DNA of 63,987 bases, filler included, from Vezdaea acicularis (lineage: Eukaryota), in NCBI GenBank assembly GCA_026025075.1. It is 4 parts of 4 records of this genome, joined end to end, with 100 filler letters (N's around TTAATTAATTAA, not from the genome) between each part and the next. Parts side by side here need not be neighbours in the genome. Positions count along the whole stretch, not along the records: positions 1 to 19,381 come from JAPEUI010000202.1; 3 more parts are not named here. The stretch is one strand, 5' to 3'. Numbering within the stretch: the first letter of the stretch is position 1; the number at the start of each line of letters is the position of its first letter. This document shows positions 1 through 12,300 of the stretch, in pieces. A program made the position numbers and the translations under genes. The notes under the pieces were generated by a model. That model ran no database searches and was not told where the DNA came from. It saw only the letters and a list, made by a program, of their open reading frames with translations.

Positions 1-3000
1 ATGCTTCCTCGTATAATGGTGTCAATTTCTTGTTTTGTGCGAGCAAAACTCCCAAGCTGTTTTCAGCAATTATCTCCTCTTTTGTTTTCTTCATCAATAT
101 CTGCGATTTGATATCTTCCTGGTTAGAGAAAATTGATCTGACCTCTTCATCTTCACTATATTCCTGGGTTTCATAGTGGCCTTCCAGATCATCACGCCCC
201 ACGGAGTCAAAATCTAGTGCTCTGGACGGTATTGTTGCATGAGAGGAGAGTTCATCGTGGGTCATGCTACCGTAACCCGAATCAGACCCGGCACGGACAA
301 GACCGGCCTCTAAGGTGGAGCTATGATCATCCAAGTCAGAACCAGCATGGACAGAAGTGACCTCTAAGGCGGAGTCTGCAAGGTCCTGAGATGTTGTAAA
401 CTCTTCTCTTGAGTAAGAGGCTCGTCGCTTTATCGCCTGAGCCTTAGCTAACTTATCCTGGTCTGCATAAAGAGTGCTAAGCTTATTGTGTACATCAATC
501 GTCAAAAGGTGATTAGGACCGAAGACCTTCCCGTATCCTATCAGCGCTCGCTGATACATCTCTCCGGCCTCGGCTAGCTTGCCTTGATCACTATACAGAT
601 TACCCAGAGCTTTCATTGCCTTCAGTGCCGGAGGATGATCCGGGCCCAAAGCTCTCTCGTAACCCCTCAACGCCCGCTGAAGCATCGCTTCGGCCTCAGC
701 CAGCTTACCTTGATTGCTGTACAGTAGACCTAGGTTGCTGGTTACATTCAGTGCCGAAAGATGATCCGGGCCCAAAGCTCTCTCGTAACCGCTCAACGCC
801 CGCTGAAGCATCGCTTCGGCCTCAGCCAGCTTGCCTTGATTGCTGTACAGTATACCTAGGTTGCTGGTTACATCCAGTGCCGAAAGATGATCCGGACCGA
901 AAGTTCTCTCGTAACCGCTCAACGCCCGCTCAAGCATCGCTTCGGCCTCAGCCAGCTTACCTTGATTGCTGTACAGTAGACCTAGGTTGCTGGTTACATT
1001 CAGTGCCGAAAGATGATCCGGGCCCAAAGCTCTCTCGTAACCGCTCAACGCCCGCTGAAGCATCGCTTCGGCCTCAGCCAGCCTGCCTTGATCGCTGTAC
1101 AGTAGACCTAGGTTGCTGGTTACATTCAGTGCCGAAAGATGATCCGGGCCCAAAGCTCTCTCGTAACCCCTCAACGCCTGCTGAAGCATCGCTTCGGCTT
1201 CAGCCAGCCTGCCTTGATCGCTGTACAGTAGACCTAGGTTGCTGGTTACATCCAGTGCCGAAAGATGATCCGGACCGAAAGTTCTCTCGTAACCGCTCAA
1301 CGCCCGCTCAAGCATCGCTTCGGCCTCAGCCAGCTTACCTTGATTGCTGTACAGTAGACCTAGGTTGCTAGTTACATTCAGTGCCGAAAGATGATCCGGG
1401 CCCAAAGCTCTCTCGTAACCCCTCAACGCCCGCTGAAGCATCGCTTCGGCCTCAGCCAGCTTGCCTTGATCGCTGTACAGTAGACCTAGGTTGCTGGTTA
1501 CATTCAGTGCCGAAAGATGATCCGGGCCCAAAGCTCTCTCGTAACCCCTCAACGCCCGCTGAAGCATCCCTTCGGCCTTGGCCAGTTTGCCTTGATTGCT
1601 GTACAGGAGACCCAGGCTGTTGATTTCTTTCAGTGTCGATGCAAGTATCGACACATTATTGGGACCCACGACTCTCTCATAAGCCTCCAATGCTTGTTGG
1701 TATATCTCTATCTGAAAGTCTGAATAAAGATCCTTCGGAATACTTCTAACGTAGTCTGCTGTTGAGGCATGGATCAAGCAGATTATGTTACTCTTTCGCT
1801 CAATATGGATTAAGCCGCCGCAAACCGTCAACAGAGTCTTCTCATCGAGAACATCGCCTTCCTCTACTCGACTTGCTCCGGGATTGACAGCTAGGGCATG
1901 TTGAAGCTCGCGCACACTTAGAGGGGCCTTGGCTAGCGTAAGCAAGTATATAACCTTCATGGCGAGCTGTTGATCGTCCTTCTGTTGAGCCTCAATTTTT
2001 TTGAAGGCTTCATCATATACTTCAACCATATTAATAGGGAAGTCCTGCGGAACTTTGAGCACTGCATTCCAACTGTTTTTCTCTGATGACGAGTCCATAT
2101 GCAACCGAGCTAGATGAGTTCTGGCAGAAAAGTCAGATGGCTTTTGCTATGGATCCATTTGCAGTGGTAGAAATAGGTCAGATTTTTGATCTGCTTGACA
2201 CTAGCACAGATGGATTGGAGGATACGTACTTTCCTTTAGCTTTCTCCGAGACAGACTCTAAAATCCTATCTCTAAGAGCCGGTGTTGAATGGACAAGACG
2301 GACAAGCTTAGGCGTTTGAGAGATTTTTGCATCCAAATAATTCCGTATGTCTTCATCACCGCTTGCAATAATTTCCAACTTTTCCATATCTGGGAACCTT
2401 TCTTCAATATGAATATTAGGTGTTGAAGTTAACAAAAGTCGTGCATTATCAGCCAAGGCTCCTAAGCATTCAAGCAACTCATCTCGAGACCTGTTCTCTT
2501 CACAGCATTCATCCAGAGCGTCTATGACAATGAAGACGTTGGTAAAGCTAGTGATTATTGATTGAAACACTTCTGATAACTCGTGAAGCGTGGGACGAGT
2601 TTTGTTCAAAGAGTGAAGTTTGTAAATGCTCGCTAGATTATCCAGTACAGAAGAGTTCTGCAGAGCAAGTTGCTGGAGAAGACTGCCAATGAGATTGACG
2701 GAGGTCTGTTCGGTTTGCTCTTTATAGTTGAGATAGATGTAAGCTATTCCAGTGTTCGTGCTAGTGTATTCCCTCTGCAGATGATCTATGACAGTCGCTC
2801 TATTAAAAGGTTTGAGATTATCATTATTATGCAAAAAAGGGGACAAAACCTTACGCAATAATTGTTTTACCAGCACCGGCTAGATATTCCATTAGCAAAT
2901 ATCGAGATAGTAAATATGATGAGAGCTTGAACTGACGCAATCCCAGACACCAGAGAGCCTTAACCTCTCCCTGGAGCCATTGAATGAATTGTGCGGACTC

Positions 3001-3727
3001 TAGGAACCAGTTCCCTGTGCCTGATTGCCTCCTGCTCAGAGCGGCGTTATGTGTCGGACGAAAGTCTAGCGGAGATATCCATTCTAATATAAGGCGACGA
3101 AGTCCTGCGAAGGGAATTTTCTCTAGATCTGAATTGATAGGCTGTCAGTACTAGCTTAGTCACGGGATGCTGGATAGTTAGTCTTACCTGCTGGAACATC
3201 ATCTGCAATTTCAAGTACCTTCCCATCAACACCAATAATTCGTTCGTCCTTTCTTAGAAGTAGTGGCCTACAAATGCTTAGTGTACATGTACTCCGAGTT
3301 AGGGTGATGGTAAAACAGACAATGGTGCTTTCTGTAGAGAAAGGTCAATTTGCTTCCTGATACGAGTGATCTCTGACAGCATGTAATCGGCCTCTCTTCT
3401 GTTGAGAGTCCAGACTAAAGCTCGGACAGATACTTTGAGCTTCCCTGTTGGTCGAAGTTTCCTGGCCAAGTCTTCCAATATTTTCCTGCCCTGTTCCAAG
3501 AGTCCATCTTCTCCTGCAAGTGATTGAATGCTCTGGAGCCATGGCTCCGTTGCCTTTGCTTCTTCAACTTGATGTTGCAATTCTACGAGAAGGCTCGAGA
3601 GACTAGTCACTTCCACAGCAAGCTTCCGGCGGGTCGCTGGTGCATCTTTGATATCCTGTAGGTATTTTACAGCCTTGGAGCCGGCATCTATGATGGGAAT
3701 AATTCTGGCGGCCAAGCCAACTTCCAT
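1..3727 (-). CDS. Fungal NLR-like STAND protein: helical (HeLo-like) N-terminal domain, NACHT NTPase, winged helix, TPR repeats, extra C-terminal region; 3' end runs off the window
   Basis: Manual splicing with GT-AG introns joins ATG 3727 (MEVGLAA...) to ...ILEWISPLDF...GTGNWFLES...WCLGLPGAGKT (Walker A, split by an intron) and VFIVIDALDEC (Walker B). A long exon (2120 to 1) then reads HLARLHMDS...LSVRELQHALAV...LLTVCGGLI...CLIHASTADY, followed by 42-aa TPR units, and stays open to base 1. The ORF track misses it because there is no stop in the window. Confidence 0.9.
616..1623 (-). repeat. Eight near-identical 126-bp tandem units encoding 42-aa TPR repeats
   Basis: Minus-strand consensus SNLGLLYS(N/D)QG(K/R)LAEAEAML(Q/E)RAL(S/R)GYERALGPDHLSALNVT. 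About 1.5 diverged units continue to ~420. Confidence 0.95.
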
Positions 3728-4754
3728 TGAGAAAAGCTGTGGACGTGATGATGTTGGGCAATGAGAGAGGCAATGTCAATATCTTGACTGAGATAACGGT
3801 ATGCGTATAATAGAGAAGACAAGAAGACTTTCAATGCTGAACTTAACGTTTAATAAGGTAGCCAGTATGGCGGTCCCGCAGCAGTCAGCCTTGTTCTGTT
3901 GACAAGGCTGAAGAGGCTGACAAGGCTACCAAGGCTACCCGGATCCAGTCTGCCTGAGCAAACGGCTTCCATATTCGTCAAATCGTTCTCGGTTAAAATC
4001 TAGAAGCTGGACCCTAACCAATCCAGTGGATTGATTGATATTGAGATTCTTGACTTGTAGCTGTGAAGCTCACGCACGAGGAAAATCGGCACTATAAAGA
4101 ACAGAAGAAACAGGCAAAAGCGGAGAAGAAGAGGATGAGGAATGAGAGGAAAAACGGAGTGAGCGACACTACTTTCCATAGTACGGAAAGGAGCAATGCG
4201 CCGACGAACTCTACCCCAGACAGGGCGTGGGAAATAGCTGATAGGAGAGTATAGAAACAAAGCTCTAGGTGGGGAGCTTACGTATCTGATAGGTATTTAC
4301 GGTATGGTAATGGGCTCTTTGCGTATCTATTGCGCATTCGTCTTAATCGCTGCCACGTTCTATTAGTTCTCCTTAGAATATAGCAATAGAGGTTGTGTAC
4401 TGGCAATTTCTCAAAAGGAGAGAATCGAGAAGATCATTCACAAAGAACAATGTACCTATATGATTCTCGATAGCCAGCGAATGATTGCACGCAAGTGAAT
4501 AACCCTGCAGTTCGCGATGGAAGAGCCGACACGGAAATCTTAGGCGATCTCGCTTATCACGATCCCGACAGCAGATCCATCCCCCCACCTCAGCCCCGCC
4601 GTGAGCAGCTTCACTCCCGAACCCCACAACGCCAAGAGGGCCAAGCTCTTGGACAAGCACAGCTCTCCCACTCCTACCCAATTACCCCAGAAAGCTCCCC
4701 TGCCAAGACCAACCTTCCATCCCGCGAGCTCAGACAGCGCCGCCGACCGCAACC

Positions 4755-6207
4755 ATGCCCCGCCGCAAAGCGCTCCTGATCGGGATAAACTACTACCACA
4801 CGCCGCACGAGCTGAAAGGCTGCATCAACGACGCCTTCCACATGCGGGAGTACCTCGTGCGCGACCGCGGCTTCTCGGACAGCCCGGGGGATATGGTGAT
4901 GATGACGGACGCGCCGGAGAATCGGGGGACGCCGTTCGAGCCGACGGGAACGAATATGTTGCAGGCTTTCAATTGGCTGGTGACGGGGAATCGGCCGGGC
5001 GATTCGGTGTTTCTTAGTTATTCGGGGCATGGGGGTGGGTTTTTTCTCTGTTCAGGGGAGGTCGATTGGCTGATGTTTGGGGGCAGGGCAGGTTAAAGAT
5101 CCGGATGGCGACAGGGATAGTGGGTTTGTTCCCCCCCCCTCTGTCTGGTTTCTGAGAGAACAGTGCAAGAGAGTGAGCTAACCAAGAAACCCAGCTTCGA
5201 CGACACGATCTGTCCCGTAGACTTTTCCACCAGCGGGCAAATCACCAGCGACACCGTCCGTCCCCCCTCCCATCCTCCCTCCCTCCCCTTTTTCCCGCAC
5301 CCCCCCAACTAACTCCCCCATAGCTCCACAAAACGCTCGTCTCCCCCATGCTCCCCAGCTGCCGCCTCACCATCCTCTTCGACTGCTGCCACAGCGGGTC
5401 CGCGGTGGAACTCCCCTACGTCTACCGCCCGGACTCAAACGGCGAAGTGAACCTCCTCGACAACCTCAAAAAGGGGGCCTCCCTCGCCAGCGCCGCCGTG
5501 CACCTCTTGCAGGGGGGTTTCACCATTGATAAAGTGTCCGATGCCAAAATGTTGCTCGGGGGCGCGACCTCGTTTTTCCATGGGCTGACGAATCGGCCCT
5601 CGAGCGCGGGACCCGTGGATGAACAGGGGCTTGGAGAGGAGACGTTCGTGGAGGATTGGAAGGGCGAGGGCAAGGATGTGTGGATGTTTAGCGGCTGTGC
5701 GGATGATCAGACTTCCGCGGATACTAGTATCGCGGGGACGGCTACTGGTTTGTCTTTCCCCCCTCCCCCCCCCCAGACCTCCCCCATATCGCTGTCCTGT
5801 GCCGTGCTGATACCGAGCCTGCTATGTAGGCGCCATGTCCTACGCCTTCATCAAAACGATGCGGGCCTCCCCGCAACAGAGTTATATCAACGCAAGTTTC
5901 CCCCCAAATCAAACCTCTTCAAACACCCACCTAACCCCTTTCTGACAACCAACCAACAGGTCCTCCAAAACACCCGCGTGGAATTAAGTCAGAAATACTC
6001 GCAAATCCCCCAATTATCCGTCGGCGGGCTCTATAATCTCGAACAGATGGTTTCTGTACGTAATCCCCCTTTTTTCCCCCTTCCCGCACTCACCCCTTTC
6101 CCGCCCGATTGTCCCCCCTTGAGAGGGGATAGATAGATGGGTGGAAGTTGGAGATGGGATGGGATGGGATTTTTGAGGGGATTAGCTGATGATGTATCTA
6201 GTTCTGA
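4755..6207 (+). CDS. Metacaspase (peptidase C14), short form without Pro/Gln-rich prodomain
   Basis: KALLIGINY, LKGCINDA, catalytic His in YSGHGGQ (across an intron), catalytic Cys in LFDCCHSGS, FSGCADDQTSAD, GAMSYAFI, SQIPQLS. Six inferred introns; stop TGA at 6205-6207. Confidence 0.92.
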
Positions 6208-7037
6208 GAATACAGGGAAGGAGGGAAGTGGTATTTGGATAAGGATGTAGGGCGTGGAGACGCTGGATGCTCCCTGGGAGAGAGGCGGGGGTGGACAGTA
6301 AGTAGGTGTATAGGAGATGAATATGAACTATAGCGAATTAAACCCCTTTCCTCTGTGCCCTCCCTCCCATACGTGAAGAACTCTGCCGTTCACGTTGCGC
6401 GTCATGCCGAAAGTGCGATCCACTGTCCCCAACGAAGAACGAGCAGGTCAACAGACCACGCATGAGGGACTCCCATCAAGCACCACACCACAACCCGCAT
6501 CAGACGGGACGAAAGGACTGGACGAGAGCAAGAGGGTACAACACGCGCTTATCCATTTTCCGCTGTTGAAATATACCACGCGACGCTACGCGATACGATG
6601 TGGCCCATGCTATCCCCTCCCCTCCAATATCAAGGCCTACCGCACGTCTCTTCACGAGCTCCTCTCAGCCCTTTTCCCCGCTGGTCCACAATCCAAACCA
6701 CTCATCTCCCCGAACCCGAAAGCAGGCGATTTGGCAAGCTACCCATGATCCTATCCAAGAGACGAGAAAGTATCCACTTCGGTAATCGCCCTGCCTCCTA
6801 TGCAAACGCAACGCAACCCAGATATGCACCCATGCACAGAGGAAAGAAATGCACGCAGCACCATGCACCAATTACGGACCCGGAATTTTTCAGCCTCAAA
6901 TCTTGCCCCTCATGCCTCGCACTTTCCAACCTCGCACAGCTCTCACCTCTCCAGACAATGCCACAAAGGCAGCGAGAGCTCGCCCTCAGCGCATCCCCTC
7001 ATTTTCCCAGCAGAGCTCATGTAAGTGGCGGAATTTT

Positions 7038-9370
7038 TCACATGATGACACAGTCCTTGTCATCCTTGCCCAGCCCTACCGCCCCCGCAGCCCCTGCGAG
7101 GGCCTCACTGCCACCGATGCTCTTCTTCTTGCCCATCCTTCCCTTTGCAACCTTCGCTTTGGCGAGATCGCCCTGCGCTTCCGTCGCGCCCTCAGCGGCG
7201 GCGCGAATAGCGGCGAGGCGGTGGCGGGCGCGCTCGTCGCCCTGGTCGGCAGCGCGGACGTACCAAACATTCGCTTCGAGCGGGTCTGGGCGTGTGCCGA
7301 TGCCAGACTCGGTGAAATAGCCGACTGCATACTGCGCTTTGGCTAGACCTGTAGGAAAGGGTGATGGTTAGCTTGGACGTTCCCTTGAATTGTTGAAATT
7401 AAGGAAAAGGGGGGGGGGTGGGGAGAAACGGCAGACTCACCACACTCTGCAGCCCGCAAAGCCCACTCGTACGCCTCGCCGTCGTCTTTCATCAGCACTG
7501 GCTCCGCGCCAACCAGGTACCATGCACACAGCGCCATCATCGCGTTAGGCTGTCCCTTGTTCGCCGCGCCGGTGTAAAAGTGAACGCTGAGGCCAGCATC
7601 GATGGGGCAGCCAAGCTTCCCATGCTCGTATGCGTCTCCCATCTTCCATCCAGCCTCGGGGTGTCCCAGCTCCGCCGCCTGCGTGTAGAGCTGCGCAGCA
7701 TAGACTTCGTCGGGGAAGACGTCACCGTAGAACCCAAACTCGTGCAACAGCCCTAGCTCGTACGGCGCCGCGTTGTACTGTGAGTCTGCATGATCTGTCG
7801 CGCGACGAAGCCATTTCAGACCCTCCCGCCGCCGGTTCACCAGGCCCATATCACCGAGCAAGCATGCCTTGCCCAGCCTCAGCATAGCTCCGGGGTGTGA
7901 CTTTGTCGCGGCTTGGCGGTAAAAACCCTCTGCCTTTGCAGGGTCTTTGCTAGTGCCCCAGCCAAACTCGAAACACAGTGCGGCACGGTAGCAGGATTCT
8001 GCGTGACCGTGCTTGCCGGCAGAGACGAAGAGGGGAAATGCTCGACTCCAGTCTTCTTTGCCCTTGTTGAAGAGACCGGATGCGTAGCCATCGGCAAGGA
8101 AGTATTGCGCAAAAGGATAGCCGCGGTCCGCCAGCCGTATGAGAATACCGCGTGCCTCCTTCAGCAGTTGGGCGGGCGACGTGCCAGTCGCAGCCTTGGA
8201 GGCGGCAGCATCAGGTTTGGGGCTGGTGCTCCCTATCTTTGGAGACGACAGAGACTCCCCGTTAGCAGCGGCTGCGTCCTGCGCCGCGCTCACCATGAAA
8301 ATGGCGAATTCATATTGTATCTGCGGGTCGTTCGTCTTCTTGGCATTCGTTCGATACATCTCGAGCGTCTGCTTATGGCTCAGTAGTGAGGCATTCGCTC
8401 CCACCGAGTTTTGAAGATGTGTATTATTATTAAAATTAGCGGCTTGTGGTGCAGGTTGGGGGTATGATCCGTTGAGAAGATTAATGTATGAGTTTGGCCT
8501 ACTGTCGTGTGAGCTTTGGGAGTGGGCCGACGGAGCTCGTAGATGAGATCCAGAAACATGCTGCGGTGACCGTGTTCTCCCCCTTGCCATATCGGAAAGG
8601 GCGGAGTACGAAGAAAGCGGTCGTGCCAAGGAACCTTTACTAGCATGCCCTAATGGTGTAAGGTGGCGATTAGGGACTTGCGGTGCATCTCCAGCATTAG
8701 AAGAGCTAGGGGACCCGGAGCTGCCCGAGTTGAAGCCAACGCGGTGTTCGGGCGTCCCCGCTCCGTTTGTGTTGTGAAACTGTTGATGGTGGTACTGTAA
8801 TTGAGGGAGGTTCGGTGGTGCTCTACCAGGAGGGCCTCCACTGCCTCCAGATGAGGATCTCGAATGAACGCTTTGGGCATCCTCGGAAATCGGAGACGGT
8901 AAGCCTGGGGTAGAAGTGGATGAGATTAAAGCTGCTTGTGGGCGTTGTAGGGTGTTGGGTGGAGATGGGTTGTTTGAGCGAAGTGGCAGGCTGTGCGTCG
9001 GGGGGGCTGGAGCAGACGAGGTCTCGGGCTGCACCTGTCCTGACGCTTGTCCCAGGTTCGATTCAGAGGTTTCATCGGAGTAAGTCTCAATCTCCGCCGA
9101 AAAAGATTGATGCAGCTGTCTCGACTTTGGTGCATTCATATGGACCATGGTCGCGACTGCTGGCTGGGGAATGCCGGAGTCGTAAGAGGGAGGAGGTAGA
9201 GGCTTCCTTTGAAGAGAATTTCGCGCGAATTTTTGATCTCCTTTTGATGGTTGATCTTGTGTGTAGCGGGGCAGCGACTCTTCAACGGGCTGTAAAGGTG
9301 ATTGTTGGTTGGGCGGAGAGTCTTTCAGCGGTAGAGGAGTCACCACTGAGGCCATCGTATCTGTAGGCAT
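7038..9370 (-). CDS. CHS4: Chitin synthase activator Chs4/Skt5 (SEL1-like repeats, C-terminal CaaX)
   Basis: TLEMYRTNAKK...IQYEFA, followed by SEL1 repeats (AQYFLADGY, AALCFEFGWG, AMMALCAWYLVG). Intron with donor at 7440; the last exon GLAKAQYAVGYFTESGIG ends in KDCVIM* (prenylation motif). Start codon uncertain. Confidence 0.9.
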
Positions 9371-12300
9371 CTAAACGAAGGATGCAGCAATCGTGTATAC
9401 TTCCGCCTTGAGCCGGTCCTCGTGTATAATAATTTCGGTGCAGAAAACAGGCCGTCTGTCGTGAATGTGTAGGTCTAAAAGAACGTCGAGGGCAGGTCGT
9501 AAGAGTATTCGCAGCAATTTATCATAGGTCGTTATATCCGTGAGCGAGTGATTCAACGAGTGTGTTCAGTCCTGACCCGGTAGGTGATCTCGACAGAGGG
9601 AGGAGGGGGCCAAGGCCTATGCAATCCACAACTTCACAATCAGCATTATGATCTTTAATCAATAATTCTTCGAGATATAATTCAATGGGCAGGGCACTAA
9701 GGTTTGGGAGGCGAGTGCAAGGAAGGGCAAAGGAAATGAAGCTGCTGCTTTTTCCGGTCGGATGGAAAGCGGCGTCCTTCTGCGTCTAACGTACCCAGGA
9801 TGTCCCCTGCCGGTTGAAGAATGTTCAGCGGATTGGATTGGAAGCGACGGCAACGAGCGGTGGCCCACTCGAATGGGAAGGAAGCAGAAATGGAAGCAGA
9901 AAGCAGGAGCGGAACAAAGAGCAGAGAGAAGTGTACGAAGAGAATCGGCCGATGTTGTCGCTCGAACGAGGCTTCGCCCGGAGGAGTGTGCAGTCGATGA
10001 CCGCGAGGACGAGCTGACAGGCCGACCCCAGTCGCGCTTTCCACTCTGGTGCACTTCGCCTGGTGGGGCTTGGCCGGGGTGCGGGCGAGGGGGAGGAGGC
10101 TGGCGAATGAGGGGGCGGCGTGGGGAGCGTGCCCGCGCCGCGAGAAGGGCCGCCTCGACCGCTTCGACCGCTTCTTGCCTTGTTGAGCAAGAGGCGGCCG
10201 GTCGCCGGCGACGATGATGCAAATGGGTGATATGCCACTCAAATCACGATATCGAAATGGGGTCGTCGTGGAGCAAGCCAGACCCTCGGCCGCCCCTTTC
10301 GGCCGGTGTTCGCCGGTATGAGCGCGCGGCCCAAGAATGCGCGGGACTGGTCGGTCAGGGTCGAGCGGGTCCGAAGAGCCGCGAAGGAGGTACGCGCCGC
10401 TTTGTCGACCCCGACGCCAGGGCCCCTTTGATTGACGGCGTTTCCCACCAACCCAAACCAGGAGAGGGGGAGAGGGCAGCGTTCCAATGCGATGCTTCCT
10501 AACTAAGGGTCTAGCTCGGTCGATCTCGAACCGATTCGAATGGCCGTGACGGTGCTTCGATCCACTTGCTCCGAAGGACCCGACTGAAGAGTCGTCGACA
10601 GCAAACCCTCTCAGCTGCGTGCCCGGCGGACTCTTGGCTCTTGGCAAGCCGTTAATGTTGTCGGCGCTCGGCGGGAAGGGAGATCATCATTTCGGTTTGC
10701 GGGGCGCGGACGAGGGACGACGAGCTACCGTACGCCGCACTGCCCTAGCGACCGAGCCGAGATCTATTCTCCCGGGCCACTCGTGGCCAGCCGTGTCGTC
10801 CGTAGCGTGGAATCCGAAAACAAGCCCGGTCCGGGGTCCTGTGTCCTGTCGCCTCGAAGGTTATCGATAAACGACGACGTGGTGAGAAATGAGAGATGAG
10901 ACACGAAGATGGATGGAGGACAATGGGAGGGGGAGAGAATGTGAGAAAGTGACAAAACGAGAGAGCGCAAGAGCGTGAGCAGAACTAGCCGCGCCAGGGG
11001 GTGGACGAGGACAGCAGGTGCCCAGATCGATCGGATGCGGCAGGAGCAGCGTCGCTTTGCCGCGTGTTTCACCATCTGTCTCTCCCTCCTCCTTCTCCTT
11101 TCTCTCTCCCCCCTATCCCCCAGGACCCGCTCTTACCATGACGCTTGGCGGAGTCGACGACGTCTTCGAGCTGGAGCCGCGTCCGGGTCCGTTGGACCGA
11201 GCACGGATCATGCCCATCCGTGCGCTCGGAGACTGGGTGTTTGCATGATGCCATCGCCGCTTAGCCGGCCCTCACGAGTCGATGCAAGCAGCTTGGCAAA
11301 GAGCATCATCTACAGAATTAAACTTTGCTTTTCGAGGCTCTCCACCGCCCAGACTCGGCCTCCTCCATCTCTACGTTCGTTGGGGTGACTCCAGCCGCAT
11401 TCGAGATCACGAATCGATGCAGCTCCAGCCCCGAAGCGTGAAAGGTCTTTGCAGCCCCTAACTTAGAACAGTCGAACGATGGAGAGTAGCACGCCAAGGC
11501 GCTCGTACCCGGCAAGCTCCGCTGGAGCGTGCATTGCGCAAGAACGCCTGGCCAATGCTACGCGCCCCAGCAGACAAAGTCGACACGCCGTCCAAGTCTT
11601 CCTCCTCGCCATACTTACAATCAAGTGACCTTGTCGCAAGTCACCATCCAGTTGCGAGTATCTAGAGAGAACCATTTTGATCCATACACACGCATACACA
11701 TGCACCACCCGTGCCTTTTCCAACGACCCACAGCCAGGGCTGCGTTGGCCCGCGTGGCTCACATGTGTGCCGAGCCATCTGGAAATCTCGAACGTTAGTC
11801 CGTCCCTTTCTCTTTCGTCAAGCTCCTCCCCTATCCAACAAATTCGCCATCTCCGTGATTTCGATGCTGCGGAGGGCCGAAGTCGGTGACAGGGATGGGC
11901 AAAGACCATTGTCGTTGCACAAGAATCCCTTTTCTCCCTGCATCCCTATTAATCTGCAGAAACCCCCGGACCTCGTCGCTTAGCGATCATCCACAGATGA
12001 TGGAGTGTAACATGCTCAAGCACGACGCTGCCAAGGCCGGTCAGGCATGCATGGACTGGACTTGCTTCTGTAAAGGTCTGACCGACTACTGGACGGTAGA
12101 GTCAACCGAATGGCGTGGATAAGGTGCAGTCGCACATTAGGCCCTCGGAAATATTCAACGGCCGAGCTATGCCAGCTACGGTCAAACTGTTCGATATCCC
12201 CTTTTGTCTATGTCACCCTATAGAGAGGAACACACCCCCACAGAGAAGAACTCAATGCGTTCTTCAGTTCTGCTGGATCTTGGCCTGACAAGACCTTCGC

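Noticed and set aside
616..1623. Plus-strand Cys/Pro-rich repeat ORFs
   Set aside because: Antisense shadows of the minus-strand TPR exon.
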